This document shows positions 40,373-51,062 of a stretch of DNA of 64,000 nucleotides, in pieces. Below the pieces are notes generated by a model. It had not been told where the DNA came from. It was given only the letters and a program-made list of their open reading frames with translations, and made no database searches. The stretch lies in the NCBI GenBank assembly GCA_049599475.1, contig JBMYOQ010000010.1:29909-93908 (forward strand), written 5' to 3'. A program made the translations under genes and the position numbers. Numbering within the stretch: position 1 is the first letter of the stretch; the number at the start of each line of letters is the position of its first letter. Source of the stretch: Opitutales bacterium (lineage in GTDB: Bacteria; Verrucomicrobiota; Verrucomicrobiia; Opitutales; JABSRG01).

Positions 40373-41385
40373 AAGTCCTTTTCCTAGGCTTAGGCAGCAT
40401 CGGGCAACGGCACCTACGAAACTGGATAACCGCTCGAGGCCACACGGATGAAATTTGGGCTTTGAGAACCTCTAGGCACCAGCAGGTCATTGAAAAAGGC
40501 GCAGCCCAAGCCGTGACGAATCTAAGCACGGCGCTCGGCATACACGAAACACGGGATGAGGAGGCAGCGTGGGCCATCAATCCCGACCTTGTCTTCATCA
40601 CGAATCCCACAAGCAAGCATACCGAAGCAATCCTCAACGCGCTTTCATGCGGATCCGCGGTTTTTGTTGAAAAACCAATCGGCTGCAGCAGCGAAGATTT
40701 CGAAAAGCTTTCCGAAGTACCCAAAAGGGCACCCGTATTTGTTGGCTACCAAAATCGATTTCACCCCTTTTTCCTCAAGATTAAGGAGCTCATCAATTCG
40801 GGTCATTTGGGCGATATCATTGAGGCTAAGATATGGTGGCATACCTGGCTTCCCGGGCATCATCCCTATGAAGATTTTAGGACCAGCTACGCCGCTCGCG
40901 GCGATCTGGGAGGGGGAGCGTGCCTAGGTCTCAGTCACGACATCGATTGGCTCCTTGGCATCTGGGGTGCGCCAAATCGTATCACACATTCAAGTACATC
41001 GAGCCCTATCCTCAAGATGCAAGTGGATGAGCGCTGTGAAGCGAAACTCGAGTATCTAAGACCTTCCGCCCCAAAGTCGCTCAAGTTATCACTCTCCTAC
41101 TCCCACCGAGAAGAATCGCACGCGGTTCATATAGTGGGGACCCAGGCATCCGTGATAGCGGATTGGGAAAGCAACTCGCTCAAAGTAGTACGTTCGGATG
41201 GAGAGGCCGAACACCTCGATTTCAAGGTTACGCATCCTCGTGATCGCCTTTTTGAGCTACAGACACAGTCCCTTATCTCAGCATTAGAAGATCCGTCTAA
41301 GTGGATAGGCGCATCTATTGAAGATGGTATAAAAACTCTCGAGCTCTGCATTCAAATCATGGCTACATCGGGTAAATCAGTATGA
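40369..41385 (+). CDS. Gfo/Idh/MocA oxidoreductase
   Basis: GLGSIGQRH, VEKP, GYQNRFHP, SHDID. Confidence 0.9.
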   Translation: MKVLFLGLGSIGQRHLRNWITARGHTDEIWALRTSRHQQVIEKGAAQAVTNLSTALGIHETRDEEAAWAINPDLVFITNPTSKHTEAILNALSCGSAVFVEKPIGCSSEDFEKLSEVPKRAPVFVGYQNRFHPFFLKIKELINSGHLGDIIEAKIWWHTWLPGHHPYEDFRTSYAARGDLGGGACLGLSHDIDWLLGIWGAPNRITHSSTSSPILKMQVDERCEAKLEYLRPSAPKSLKLSLSYSHREESHAVHIVGTQASVIADWESNSLKVVRSDGEAEHLDFKVTHPRDRLFELQTQSLISALEDPSKWIGASIEDGIKTLELCIQIMATSGKSV

Positions 41386-42182
41386 ACTCAAAGCTATTCA
41401 GTCTAGAAAACCGAGGAATCGTCCTAACCGGCGCTTCTGGATTCCTGGCAGCGCATTTTGCAGAATTCCTTCTTCAACAGGGAGCACAGCTCGCTCTTTG
41501 GGATATTAGAACCGAGAAGGCAGAAGAAATTGCTCGGAAATTCCCGAACCAATGCATCGCCCAAACAGTCGACATCACCCAACCCGAATCCATCCAAGAG
41601 GCTTGTGATGCTTTGGACAAACAGTCATTTCCTTGGTGGGGCTTGGTAAACAATGCCTGTATTAATCCAAGGGTCGAAGACTCGGGAGCGCTCTCGAACA
41701 AAATAAAGCCCGACCCCGAACAATGGGCGCTGGAGCTATCCGTTGGCATCACAGGCGCCTGGAATTGTTCCAGCATTATCGGTCAAAAACTCGCAGACCG
41801 AGGAGACGGACGTATCGTAAATATCGGGTCAGACCTCGCTGTCATCGCTCCAGATCAGCGCATTTACTTGGACCCAAAAACAGGGGAACACCCTCTCAAA
41901 CCAGCCACGTATTCAGCCATAAAAGCAGGGATTGCTGGATTGACGCGCTATCTCGCGACTCTATGGCCCGATAAGGGCGTCCGTGCAAACACGCTGTCTC
42001 CCGCTGGCGTCGCAAATGGGCAAGATCCCGAATTCGTCGAACGTTTGAATAGCCTAATACCCATTGATCGGATGTGTAAACCGGAAGACCTTGCGGCTCC
42101 ACTCATTTTTCTATTGTCACCAGGTTCCTCTTACGTGAACGGCCATAATCTGCTTGTGGACGGCGGTCGCACTATATGGTGA
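41382..42182 (+). CDS. SDR oxidoreductase (PtmA/ElaC-like)
   Basis: TGASGFL, VNNA, YSAIK, LVDGG. Confidence 0.88.
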   Translation: MNSKLFSLENRGIVLTGASGFLAAHFAEFLLQQGAQLALWDIRTEKAEEIARKFPNQCIAQTVDITQPESIQEACDALDKQSFPWWGLVNNACINPRVEDSGALSNKIKPDPEQWALELSVGITGAWNCSSIIGQKLADRGDGRIVNIGSDLAVIAPDQRIYLDPKTGEHPLKPATYSAIKAGIAGLTRYLATLWPDKGVRANTLSPAGVANGQDPEFVERLNSLIPIDRMCKPEDLAAPLIFLLSPGSSYVNGHNLLVDGGRTIW

Positions 42183-42207
42183 ATAGGACCTGTAGCGGTA
42201 ACACATA

Positions 42208-42539
42208 TTAATCGACTATTCCAGGCAAACGAAAGTCGCCCTTTTTCCAGTCTTCTACATTCAGGGCTTTATCATCGATAAAAATAGCCGCCTCGGGTTT
42301 TCCAAATAAGAGCTCATCATAACCAACGCCCCAGCTCGACATTTGTTTTTCGGTCAGCTCCCTCCAGTCGATCCCAGTGGTTGATCCGCGAGCCGTAAAT
42401 AATATGATTTTATGTCCGGCAGCTTTGTAGCGATAACCGCCCTGACAGCATCTTCAAAAGGTTCAGCATCCTCGTAAGAGCCATTAGTATTAGAACACAA
42501 TGTCCCATCAATATCGATACATAAATTTGGCTTATTCAT
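42208..42539 (-). pseudogene. Small HAD-family phosphatase with a 1-bp frameshift near 42434
   Basis: DIDGT in one frame; GHKIILFTARGSTTGIDW...FGKPEAAIFIDDKA...stop 42208 in another. Restoring one A (GTT AAT CGC) gives 110 aa. Confidence 0.8.
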
Positions 42540-42659
42540 AGCATACTGTCTTTAAAGATATCATTAAACCACTCCCTTATTCTGTAAAGATATGACCCCG
42601 GACCCACAAATACTTTTTCTACCGGGAAAACAAAAATTAGATTCAGAGTAACAAAAAGT

Positions 42660-44555
42660 TTATAGTATTCCGCCACATAGCAGTCGCGACTCTCTACCAA
42701 GTTCACCCTGCCAAGTCTTCGATAATACTTCTGGTTTCAGCTCAGACTCTTGGATACACCTGATCGCATCCAACAAATCTTGAGAGTCATGTATCGCAGG
42801 GCACATTCCATGCGCCACAAATGATAGGCAGGCAAAATGATCTTCATGATCTTCTGGAGGCTCTATCGAATAGATAGGTTTGCCTAGAAACGCTACTTCT
42901 TCGCGCGTCGAGGTCGAAATAAGGCCGACCGCATCTACACCATTGTAGAGATTCATCGGCGGTATTTCAGACTCCACAATATGCACACGCCCGCGATGCA
43001 CAGTCTCCAAATCCCCCAAATAATCTTCGAGAAATCCACGGCCTTCACGCGATCTAAGTTTAATCGCAATATCCCAATTTTTCGGGAGATCACTCACAGC
43101 TCGTTTCAGAATTTCAATTGCGTATAACAATCTCCGATTGGTTACATGCCAGTAAGGAGGCCCCTGAAAAATGAAGAGAAACACTCGCTGCTCTCTCCAC
43201 GGAAAATTCCATTCTTTTTCTTCAGGGAATCTTAGGGAATTTAGGAAAAAATTTCCAACTGGTCTCACACGAGACTCATCAGCCCAATAGCGATATTGAC
43301 TCAAGGTATGGGCATCCTTCCAGGTCAAATACTCATCAGCCCAGAATGGACCCGATGCAGAAGTACAGAATCCGTGCTGCATTTGAACACTTTGCGGTCG
43401 ATTCGATTTATCAAGGAGGTGAAAGGCGGTAGACAGTTTTCTATTATCCAAAATGTTTAGATAACACTGTTTCTTCGGAATTTGAAATAACGCACCTAAC
43501 CACTTGGCATAAAGTAAACTCTTTTTAAGTTCGCCCTCACACCAATTTCTATGGTCATAAAACAGTTTCTTTAATACCCCTGATAACCCTTCAACTTGCT
43601 CCTCTAAACGTCTTTCGACACTGTTCTTCAAAGACGGCAACCACTCTTGCAAAGTCGGCTCCAAATACCAATCGAGTAATATAATTCGCGAATCACTCAA
43701 TGGATTTTCTTCGAAATATTTTCGAGTTCCCAAATCAGAAATGAATATGACGATTCGGTCCCATACACCCAGCGCTTCCACCTGCTTGAGTAGTTCAAGA
43801 AGAGGTTTTATCACGTGTGATCCCACTGTATAAGCATCCACCCACAGAACCGATGTATTCGAGAGCAGAGCCTTCAATTGCGTCAGGCATTCACACTCGC
43901 ATTGAGAAAAAACTTTCTCGAATTCTTCATTTTCAGTTTGAGATTTAGACGCTGTATCCAGAGGCCTAACAGGTCTAAAAGAATAATGATGACATAGGAG
44001 CAAATAGTAGCCTGCCGCATGTAGATAATTGCCCTCCTCAGGATTTCTCGTGGATTCCAGAAAATCTCCAAAATCACGCTCCCAATTCATGCCTGAGTTG
44101 CGAACATGATCCATCTCTTCTTTAAAATGGGCCCAGCAATCGCGTTCTTCTCCATAAAGCCTTGTAATACGTACACGCGCCCCGTACCGCCTGCGATAGT
44201 CCTCATACATCTCTGCCTCAAAGGACGCGCTAGATAAAACGATTAAGGCGCCTTCCTCGGGTTCAAAATCATCCAGTTTAATCAGAGGAACAGACTCAAA
44301 TAAATCGTTCCCCGGATTTTTATCTACGACACCTGAAATAGGCCCAAGGATCTTTTGAAATAGCCCCCAAAGAGCTTGGGTGTGCCCGCCTCCTCCTGCG
44401 ATATAGCGCTTGCGATCTACATTCCCTAGATATTTTTTGGCGACACCCCGCAGGCGAGTCTCCCAGACCTCGTTGTCGTCTAATCCTATCGATTTCGACG
44501 AAACTCGAACGTGGTCTTCCAACCATCGATTAACAGGTTCGAAAAATGAGAGCAC
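42660..44555 (-). CDS. Hypothetical protein: N-terminal Rossmann-like module plus GT-B/ulosonate-transferase-like C-terminus
   Basis: IAGGGGHT...VVDKN...VLSSASFE; QMQHG, PVGN, STSTREE. Confidence 0.6.
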   Translation of the reverse strand: MLSFFEPVNRWLEDHVRVSSKSIGLDDNEVWETRLRGVAKKYLGNVDRKRYIAGGGGHTQALWGLFQKILGPISGVVDKNPGNDLFESVPLIKLDDFEPEEGALIVLSSASFEAEMYEDYRRRYGARVRITRLYGEERDCWAHFKEEMDHVRNSGMNWERDFGDFLESTRNPEEGNYLHAAGYYLLLCHHYSFRPVRPLDTASKSQTENEEFEKVFSQCECECLTQLKALLSNTSVLWVDAYTVGSHVIKPLLELLKQVEALGVWDRIVIFISDLGTRKYFEENPLSDSRIILLDWYLEPTLQEWLPSLKNSVERRLEEQVEGLSGVLKKLFYDHRNWCEGELKKSLLYAKWLGALFQIPKKQCYLNILDNRKLSTAFHLLDKSNRPQSVQMQHGFCTSASGPFWADEYLTWKDAHTLSQYRYWADESRVRPVGNFFLNSLRFPEEKEWNFPWREQRVFLFIFQGPPYWHVTNRRLLYAIEILKRAVSDLPKNWDIAIKLRSREGRGFLEDYLGDLETVHRGRVHIVESEIPPMNLYNGVDAVGLISTSTREEVAFLGKPIYSIEPPEDHEDHFACLSFVAHGMCPAIHDSQDLLDAIRCIQESELKPEVLSKTWQGELGRESRLLCGGIL

Positions 44556-44598
44556 TGAAGAATGAGGTAATGGTTCATCTCTGCGAACTACACTGGGC

Positions 44599-45471
44599 TC
44601 ACCCGACCCGGCGTAACTTCTTTTTTATCGGAACCTCCGAATCATAAACCTTTTTCACACCGTCCCCCATCGCCGTTTCGACATGGCGTATCTGACTCAC
44701 AAGCTTTGCAAAGCCTTGCGGCTCGACGGAGGCAGACTGGTCGCTTCCCCACATGGAACGGTCAAGCGTAATATGCCTCTCAACAATGCGCGCACCCAAC
44801 GCAACAGCCACTGAAGAGGTAACGAGTCCTACATCGTGGCCACTAAAGCCAATCACGGTGTCAGTAAACTTTTCATCCCAAACTGTAATCAAGGACAAGT
44901 TCAACTCGTCAGAAGCAGTAGGATAAGTGCTTGTGCAATGCAAGATTGCGGTAGGTACCGGGGCCAAGATTTCCAATGCGTGCTCTATCTCCTCCATCGT
45001 GCTCATCCCAGTTGAGAGAATAACAGGTCTTCCAGTCGCCACATGCTTTTTGAGAAGCTCGTCATCGGTCAGTGATGCAGAGGCAATTTTATAGCACGGG
45101 GGCGCAAAGGCATCAATAAAGTCTACCGATCCTTCGTCCCAACACGACGCGAACCAGAGAATACCTTTTTCCTTACAATAGGTATCGATCTCAGAAAACT
45201 CTGATTGGCCAAACTCAAGTCCTCTCTTAAGGTCGCCATTGGTGTCACCAAACGGATTTTCGCGGGGTTTCGCCAACTCTTCAGCTGTGTAAACCACCTC
45301 GACCGTGCGCTTTTGGAATTTTACTGCCTGACACCCGGCAGTTACGGCCGCATCAATCAAAGCCTTCGCCGTCTCCACACTTCCATTGTGATTTATCCCA
45401 ATCTCTGCGATTATAAAGCTCGGCGCACTAGGTCCAAGCGTATGGGGTCCGATAGAAAAAGTCTTGCTCAT
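44599..45471 (-). CDS. neuB: N-acetylneuraminate synthase family (NeuB), no C-terminal SAF domain
   Basis: IAEIGINHNG, VKFQKR, KIASA, STGMS, HCTSTYP, ERHITLDR, GSDQSAS. Confidence 0.92.
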   Translation of the reverse strand: MSKTFSIGPHTLGPSAPSFIIAEIGINHNGSVETAKALIDAAVTAGCQAVKFQKRTVEVVYTAEELAKPRENPFGDTNGDLKRGLEFGQSEFSEIDTYCKEKGILWFASCWDEGSVDFIDAFAPPCYKIASASLTDDELLKKHVATGRPVILSTGMSTMEEIEHALEILAPVPTAILHCTSTYPTASDELNLSLITVWDEKFTDTVIGFSGHDVGLVTSSVAVALGARIVERHITLDRSMWGSDQSASVEPQGFAKLVSQIRHVETAMGDGVKKVYDSEVPIKKKLRRVG

Positions 45472-45480
45472 GTATATTTT

Positions 45481-45507
45481 ACGTCGGCTTTAACACCTAT
45501 TTATTGA
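45481..45507 (-). promoter_or_regulatory. Sigma-28-type promoter of neuB
   Basis: TCAA-N15-GCCGACGT, 9 nt before ATG. Confidence 0.55.
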
Positions 45508-45621
45508 GCAATGATTATCAAAAAAGAATCTACAATAGCCGAATACTACGTGCTAAATTCACGAGGATCATTCTCACAGAACTAGCAAATCAGGTCACCC
45601 GTCAGAAAGACGCGTATTGCC

Positions 45622-46557
45622 TTACAATCGCGACCCGTTGCACAAAAAATTTGTAGCATTCAGGGTCTTAGCAGCCCATCGATGACTCTCCAATTGGGTC
45701 GAATCACTAGGCTTGCAGCTTAATAACCAATCGGAAGCGTATGAGCCAAGCGCTTCATGATAAAATTCAATATCGCCAGCATACACCCTTTTCAACAATT
45801 CCAGATATGGCTCAGGCATCTCAACAAAATTTGTCTTATTCACAACAGTCTCCAGGTCTTTCCTTGAAGAAACCGCGCCCGCTCCCAGAAATTCCAGCAC
45901 CTGATTCAATAGTAGCTCCGGTGTCTCTGAGATGGCATCGTAAAACACGATCATTATTCTAGCGGGATCGAAAACACGACTAAATTCTGCAAGTGTTCGG
46001 CGATAATCTGAGCGCAACATTTGATGAGAAGAGGATACAAATTTATGAAACACCGAGAAATCATAAAGATCGAAAGCCTCCATCGACCTTTTATGCGAAA
46101 ATCGGAAAGAAGACCATGCACGCTCTATCGGGTTTCTGAGTAACATTAAAATCTTTAATTCAGGATTTATCGCCCGCATCTCAGTAATATCATCCGAATC
46201 GATGACCGAATATGAAGGCGTGATATCTCCCGTAATTCCTTTACGCATAGAATACAGGGATTTGTACCATTCATTCCCATAGTCTTCGAAATAATACTTT
46301 CGCCACCATGAAGCCTCACTTTCATTCTGGCAGCGCGCGAGTTTCCTCTCCGCATCTTCCACATACTTCGGGTTCTTTAATCTTTCAGAGGCTCTAGATT
46401 CCGAGAGTGTATTTATCGTCGGATACTTTCGACTACGGTCGAAATAATGTAATTCCTTAATTGGAGGTAAATCAAACTCGGGTTGAGCATTCAGATTTGA
46501 ATACAACCAGGACGTTCCAGCTTTCTGCGCACCGATACATATAAAATCTGGTTTCAT
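45622..46557 (-). CDS. Sulfotransferase
   Basis: IGAQKAGTSW 5'-PSB, KELHYFD, TPSY, LRNPIERAWS 3'-PB. Confidence 0.9.
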   Translation of the reverse strand: MKPDFICIGAQKAGTSWLYSNLNAQPEFDLPPIKELHYFDRSRKYPTINTLSESRASERLKNPKYVEDAERKLARCQNESEASWWRKYYFEDYGNEWYKSLYSMRKGITGDITPSYSVIDSDDITEMRAINPELKILMLLRNPIERAWSSFRFSHKRSMEAFDLYDFSVFHKFVSSSHQMLRSDYRRTLAEFSRVFDPARIMIVFYDAISETPELLLNQVLEFLGAGAVSSRKDLETVVNKTNFVEMPEPYLELLKRVYAGDIEFYHEALGSYASDWLLSCKPSDSTQLESHRWAAKTLNATNFLCNGSRL

Positions 46558-48059
46558 TGCTCACACCTCAAGTCAACATTTTCTATCTCAACTCCAAGAG
46601 TCGAATAAAACTCATGATAGTATGAAGAATTCAGGATCAATTTAGCCACCCCCATCAACTCATCATTCAGCGCAGTCACTTCTGCTACAATTTTGCCCTC
46701 CCCATCCTTCAAATTACAATTCGAATACGCATTTCGACTGGCATTCACACCCTGAATATCATCGCTAATGCTATCTACTGCGCTATCTTCATTGGTATCT
46801 AAAATAGACAAATCTGTCGCATATCCCAAGCTCCCGAATCGAGCCTCAGCCTCATCACCTAGGACTTCGTAAATCCATTGATAATGCTTTTTCCCTAGAA
46901 GGTTTTTCCATTTCCCACAACCTGGCGCATTATAGTGAGCCCTGTTCGTGCTTACAATGGGCTTCATAAGGGTCGAATCTATCAATTCGTTTACGGCATT
47001 GGTTTCCGGCGCAAGTCCGAGTGATTTCAATATCTCTGAAACTACTTTTTTGGGGTCCTCCATCAAATCTTCATATCGAAGCAAAGAAAATTGATTACCT
47101 TTAAGTACCACCTCTTCCTGGAACACGACACACTGTTCTAGATAGTCTTTAAACCATACTTCGGAATTTAAATGACCCTGGGAAAGGATATTCCGTTGCT
47201 CTCGACTTATTCCGCCCGAAGACACCTCTCCTCTCCATACGTTCTGGTTCCACACTTTCGCGGCCAACGAAACCAGTACGTCCAAAGGATGCCGAAGAAT
47301 GAAGTACACATCTAATTTTCGCTCAGACAACCAACGATAATCGACTTCCTCAAAAAATGAATGCCCCAATCGATACCCTCGCTGAATTAGATCCATAAAT
47401 GGAACTGGGCGGATTGCCAAAATAGATTCACGATTCATGAATCGAGCATCTGCAGAATCAAGATTTCGAGAAGTCACCCATTTGAATCCCCCTGGTGCAC
47501 TTGTCTTCCTGGAGAACATAAAACCATACATCTTATGGCAACAATCCTCCACCCAAGCATTGTAGTCCTCAGCAGATTTTTTCCAAAATTCGAACTCAGA
47601 AGATCTCTCTCGTAGAGCACTCGCTCGATTAATCAAATTTCTGAAAACGGTATTCCCACTACCCGGAAAGCCGTTGATAAACCTATACTCACTTAGGTCC
47701 GAGCAAACGAACGGAAACAAGGCTAGTGGGTGCAATACTTTAATGCCGGGAAACTGACACACTAATTGCCTATGTATTTCAGAAAATACAGAAACGCCCC
47801 GAGCAGATTTAGCTGTAATAACTAACGGTATCCCCTCCCCGACAAGCTTTTCGATCGCACTACTATCCGTAACATTCAATACATTCTTCCCAGAAAACCG
47901 ATCAGGATATCTATCGAAAAAACAAATTACTTCGGTTCCTATTTGGTTCAACTCCTCTAAAATTGTCTCCGCAAAATCACCACAACCCCATAACGCAACT
48001 CTCGGATAGAAGCTGCGCTCCGTAAAAATCCGATCTCTGATAATACTACGAAAGGGCAT
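46554..48059 (-). CDS. Rossmann-like module fused to a sulfotransferase-fold domain
   Basis: LWGCGDF N-terminus; GFPGSGNT, ILRHPLDVLVS, LRYEDL, G.GKWKN. Confidence 0.75.
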   Translation of the reverse strand: MPFRSIIRDRIFTERSFYPRVALWGCGDFAETILEELNQIGTEVICFFDRYPDRFSGKNVLNVTDSSAIEKLVGEGIPLVITAKSARGVSVFSEIHRQLVCQFPGIKVLHPLALFPFVCSDLSEYRFINGFPGSGNTVFRNLINRASALRERSSEFEFWKKSAEDYNAWVEDCCHKMYGFMFSRKTSAPGGFKWVTSRNLDSADARFMNRESILAIRPVPFMDLIQRGYRLGHSFFEEVDYRWLSERKLDVYFILRHPLDVLVSLAAKVWNQNVWRGEVSSGGISREQRNILSQGHLNSEVWFKDYLEQCVVFQEEVVLKGNQFSLLRYEDLMEDPKKVVSEILKSLGLAPETNAVNELIDSTLMKPIVSTNRAHYNAPGCGKWKNLLGKKHYQWIYEVLGDEAEARFGSLGYATDLSILDTNEDSAVDSISDDIQGVNASRNAYSNCNLKDGEGKIVAEVTALNDELMGVAKLILNSSYYHEFYSTLGVEIENVDLRCEQ

Positions 48060-48065
48060 ATCAAA

Positions 48066-49229
48066 CTACTTATGGTCTCCTTCAATTTTTGACATGATAT
48101 CATTGAACGCATCCTGCATTTCATGGAAAGCCGTTGGTTTCCATAAAAAAACCTGCTTATCATTATTCCATGGATACACATTATCTCTTGATACATAGGG
48201 CGCCTCATGCATTAAAGCATGGTCCGCCATCAAACAAGGCACATCATTAAAATAGGCCATCACGGATGGCCCAGAGGCCGTACCAATAAACAGTTTGGAT
48301 AGCGTGATGAGTGGAAAATCGATATCGGGACCCGTTTCATCAAAAGATTTCGTAAAATATACATTCTCTCGATAGATCTCTGGATAATCCTCAGCAGATG
48401 CCCCTACCACCACGAGAGCTGGCACACGTTCACTCACGTATTGCGCAAAGGGTAGCCATTTATCTAAAGCCACATTCCGGGAACTGTCATACTTATTTGC
48501 CCTTAAATGGATTGCCACAAAAGTATCTGGCACACCATTGCGCTGCAGCACGTTTCGGAGTCGAGACACGATACGTTCCTTCGGAATGATCCGAGGCAGA
48601 TGCTTACCCACGAGATAGACATTCTGCACATATCGATACCAGTGAATATAGTGCGCGTAGACCCCTCCATTCTCTGACTCTATGCGAGGCACAATGCGCG
48701 CATTTTCAGAAAGCTCCGTGATGCGGTTTTCCAGACAGTCGAGCGAAGTTATGAGCTCAACGTTTTCGATGGGCTCAAATATATCCGAAATTTTCAAAAG
48801 GTCCTGGATCGTCGGTAGCTTTTCCAAGCCATAATGATCAAAGCGCATTTCTTGGCCCTCTTGAACAAACCAGATGACCTTAACCGGCAAGCCTCCATAT
48901 TCCGACTGGATCGTGCGCAGTAAGATGCAGAATTGAATGTATTCTCCAAACGAATAAGGGACGAAACGGAAATCCCAAATACCGACTATTTCTTTGGGTT
49001 TTTCACAGCGCACATTAGTTCGATCACGCTCATCAAGAGTGGCACGATTTATATAACGCAAGAGTTCGTGGGACTTCGATTGCGGCAATGTATATCCGTC
49101 GATTTTTTCTAGGACATCTTTAGCTGATGCCGCTGTTCGGAGCATCGTTTTCAGCTCACCACAAAAGCGCAGCAAACTCATGATTAATGGATCTTCTTCA
49201 CGACGGGTCGGGCTTGGATTGTCAGACAT
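48066..49229 (-). CDS. Putative GT-B glycosyltransferase (GT9-like C-terminus)
   Basis: VAIHLR...SRN...W, LFIGTASGPS. Confidence 0.6.
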   Translation of the reverse strand: MSDNPSPTRREEDPLIMSLLRFCGELKTMLRTAASAKDVLEKIDGYTLPQSKSHELLRYINRATLDERDRTNVRCEKPKEIVGIWDFRFVPYSFGEYIQFCILLRTIQSEYGGLPVKVIWFVQEGQEMRFDHYGLEKLPTIQDLLKISDIFEPIENVELITSLDCLENRITELSENARIVPRIESENGGVYAHYIHWYRYVQNVYLVGKHLPRIIPKERIVSRLRNVLQRNGVPDTFVAIHLRANKYDSSRNVALDKWLPFAQYVSERVPALVVVGASAEDYPEIYRENVYFTKSFDETGPDIDFPLITLSKLFIGTASGPSVMAYFNDVPCLMADHALMHEAPYVSRDNVYPWNNDKQVFLWKPTAFHEMQDAFNDIMSKIEGDHK

Positions 49230-49249
49230 AAAATAGCTCCCTTTATCTC

Positions 49250-50872
49250 TTACTGCGCACCAGAGCTATCTTCTCTGATCAAAGTGACCTGCTCATTTAG
49301 AATCTTCAAGAGCCCGCCGGAAACCGATATATCTGATAACGCTATAAGCTCTTTCACATCGAAGAGTCCCTTTTCGATGACTTCAGCTCCGTCTAAGTAG
49401 GCGACGATCAGCTCGAAGAGCGCACTAGAACCATTAAAATCCTTCAATAAAAAACCTCTAGATTTAATCGTGTTTGAAAATTTACCGTTCTCAATCAATG
49501 ACTTCAGAAAGAAATACCCGTGATAACCCTTATCGCGCTCGACAATATGATGATTCAGGTAACCGAGTTCCGGCATTTGAGAACACTTTTGTCCTACAGC
49601 TAGACGCGCGAACGCTATTTCTGTAAACATCTGTGAATCGCTAATTGGGCTGCTAAAAGGCCTACTCTCTAATCGCTGCTGATCTAGATCAAGAATTGCA
49701 CATACCCAGCAATAGTAGCGTTCAACTGCCTTGCTGACTTGGGCTTGTTTCTTAAGGGGCTCTAGAACCAACGGCACAAGCATTTGCAATAGCCTGTATA
49801 TCACTTCTCGCTCGTTACGCTCAGCAAGCAATCGATAGTGGTAATCCATGCCAAACACACGGTCCAAAAAAGGCGGAATAAGCGTATTGTTCTCAAGCAG
49901 TATACTAGAGAATGAATCAGCGACATACTCACAGCCATAGTGATCGATCAAGGTTCTCACCCACGCGCGCCAGGCGTCGGTATTTCTTTTGTATGACTGT
50001 AAATGATTAGACTCAGGAGCCACGATCGGGTGGATAAACAAATTTGGTACGTTCGACTCCGTTTTAAGAAAAGGATCAAGCAATTTTTCGAACCTCTTAA
50101 ATCCGTCGCGCACTGGCAAACGGTCGCTATTGCCACGAAAAGCAACTTGGTTATGCAATATGTCTAAGGAACGCTCAGCCTTTCGAGGCGCATTATAAAT
50201 CAAAGTCCGTGCACCGACACTTCGGGCTTCAGTATAGGGCTGTATCAAACCTTGCCAACTTTCCGCGCACAGGATCAAATTTTCAGGGATGCTCTCCAGC
50301 TCTTCCAACTGCGCGAATACGCCAGCCCATTGAAGACCAGAGTATTTATGCATTCTGGAGCTCAGATAGCTCATAAAACGTGTAGCCACTCCATGTGTTT
50401 GAGAGCTCTGCACACATCCACTCAAAAGCGCTCCCAATGCCGATTCTCTCGCAATGCTGTGATCGCCTCTATCTTGCGAACTTGCGGTAGATGCATATCC
50501 AATGTAGACTGCTCGCTGCTGTAGAAACAGTGCCGACCCTAAATTAACGCCGGGATAATTACAATCGATCGGTTGATCTAAAATTATTCGATCCACCTTG
50601 AGCTCATGAGCTCGACGCAAAGACGCCTTCCAATCTTTTGATAGATCTAAATACACTGCAACTTTGGACCCTGCAGGTAGTTCGGGAATCGTTGACTGAG
50701 CCTCAAAAGGATTCAGATCCAAATAAATAGTAGAACTCGATACTTTCGAACTATTCTCGAATATAATAGCCGCATGCTCATCAATGAGCAACTCATAGTA
50801 TAACCCAACCACCCCTGTTTTTTGTTCGTCCGAAACAAGAGGCGCCAAATGTATCTGCTGTTCCGTTTTCAT
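49250..50872 (-). CDS. Hypothetical protein
   Basis: 540-aa ORF within the island; no family recognised. Confidence 0.7.
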   Translation of the reverse strand: MKTEQQIHLAPLVSDEQKTGVVGLYYELLIDEHAAIIFENSSKVSSSTIYLDLNPFEAQSTIPELPAGSKVAVYLDLSKDWKASLRRAHELKVDRIILDQPIDCNYPGVNLGSALFLQQRAVYIGYASTASSQDRGDHSIARESALGALLSGCVQSSQTHGVATRFMSYLSSRMHKYSGLQWAGVFAQLEELESIPENLILCAESWQGLIQPYTEARSVGARTLIYNAPRKAERSLDILHNQVAFRGNSDRLPVRDGFKRFEKLLDPFLKTESNVPNLFIHPIVAPESNHLQSYKRNTDAWRAWVRTLIDHYGCEYVADSFSSILLENNTLIPPFLDRVFGMDYHYRLLAERNEREVIYRLLQMLVPLVLEPLKKQAQVSKAVERYYCWVCAILDLDQQRLESRPFSSPISDSQMFTEIAFARLAVGQKCSQMPELGYLNHHIVERDKGYHGYFFLKSLIENGKFSNTIKSRGFLLKDFNGSSALFELIVAYLDGAEVIEKGLFDVKELIALSDISVSGGLLKILNEQVTLIREDSSGAQ

Positions 50873-50941
50873 AACCCTATAGACTCTTTGGGCAAATACG
50901 CCCGTGCGAGGCAGTATGATACAGAAAGTGAAAGAGCCAGC

Positions 50942-50993
50942 TCATCGGATTCAGGAGTTGATCCTTAAATCGGCAATTCAGCCCCTCTATTGA
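50942..50993 (-). promoter_or_regulatory. Tandem sigma-28-type promoters
   Basis: TCAA-N15-GCCGATTT overlapping TTAA-N15-TCCGATGA. Confidence 0.55.
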
Positions 50994-51062
50994 GATGATT
51001 TTATCAAAAAAGAATGAAACGGATATTCGGTTCACGCCATGCATATGCTGGACAGGGAATGC

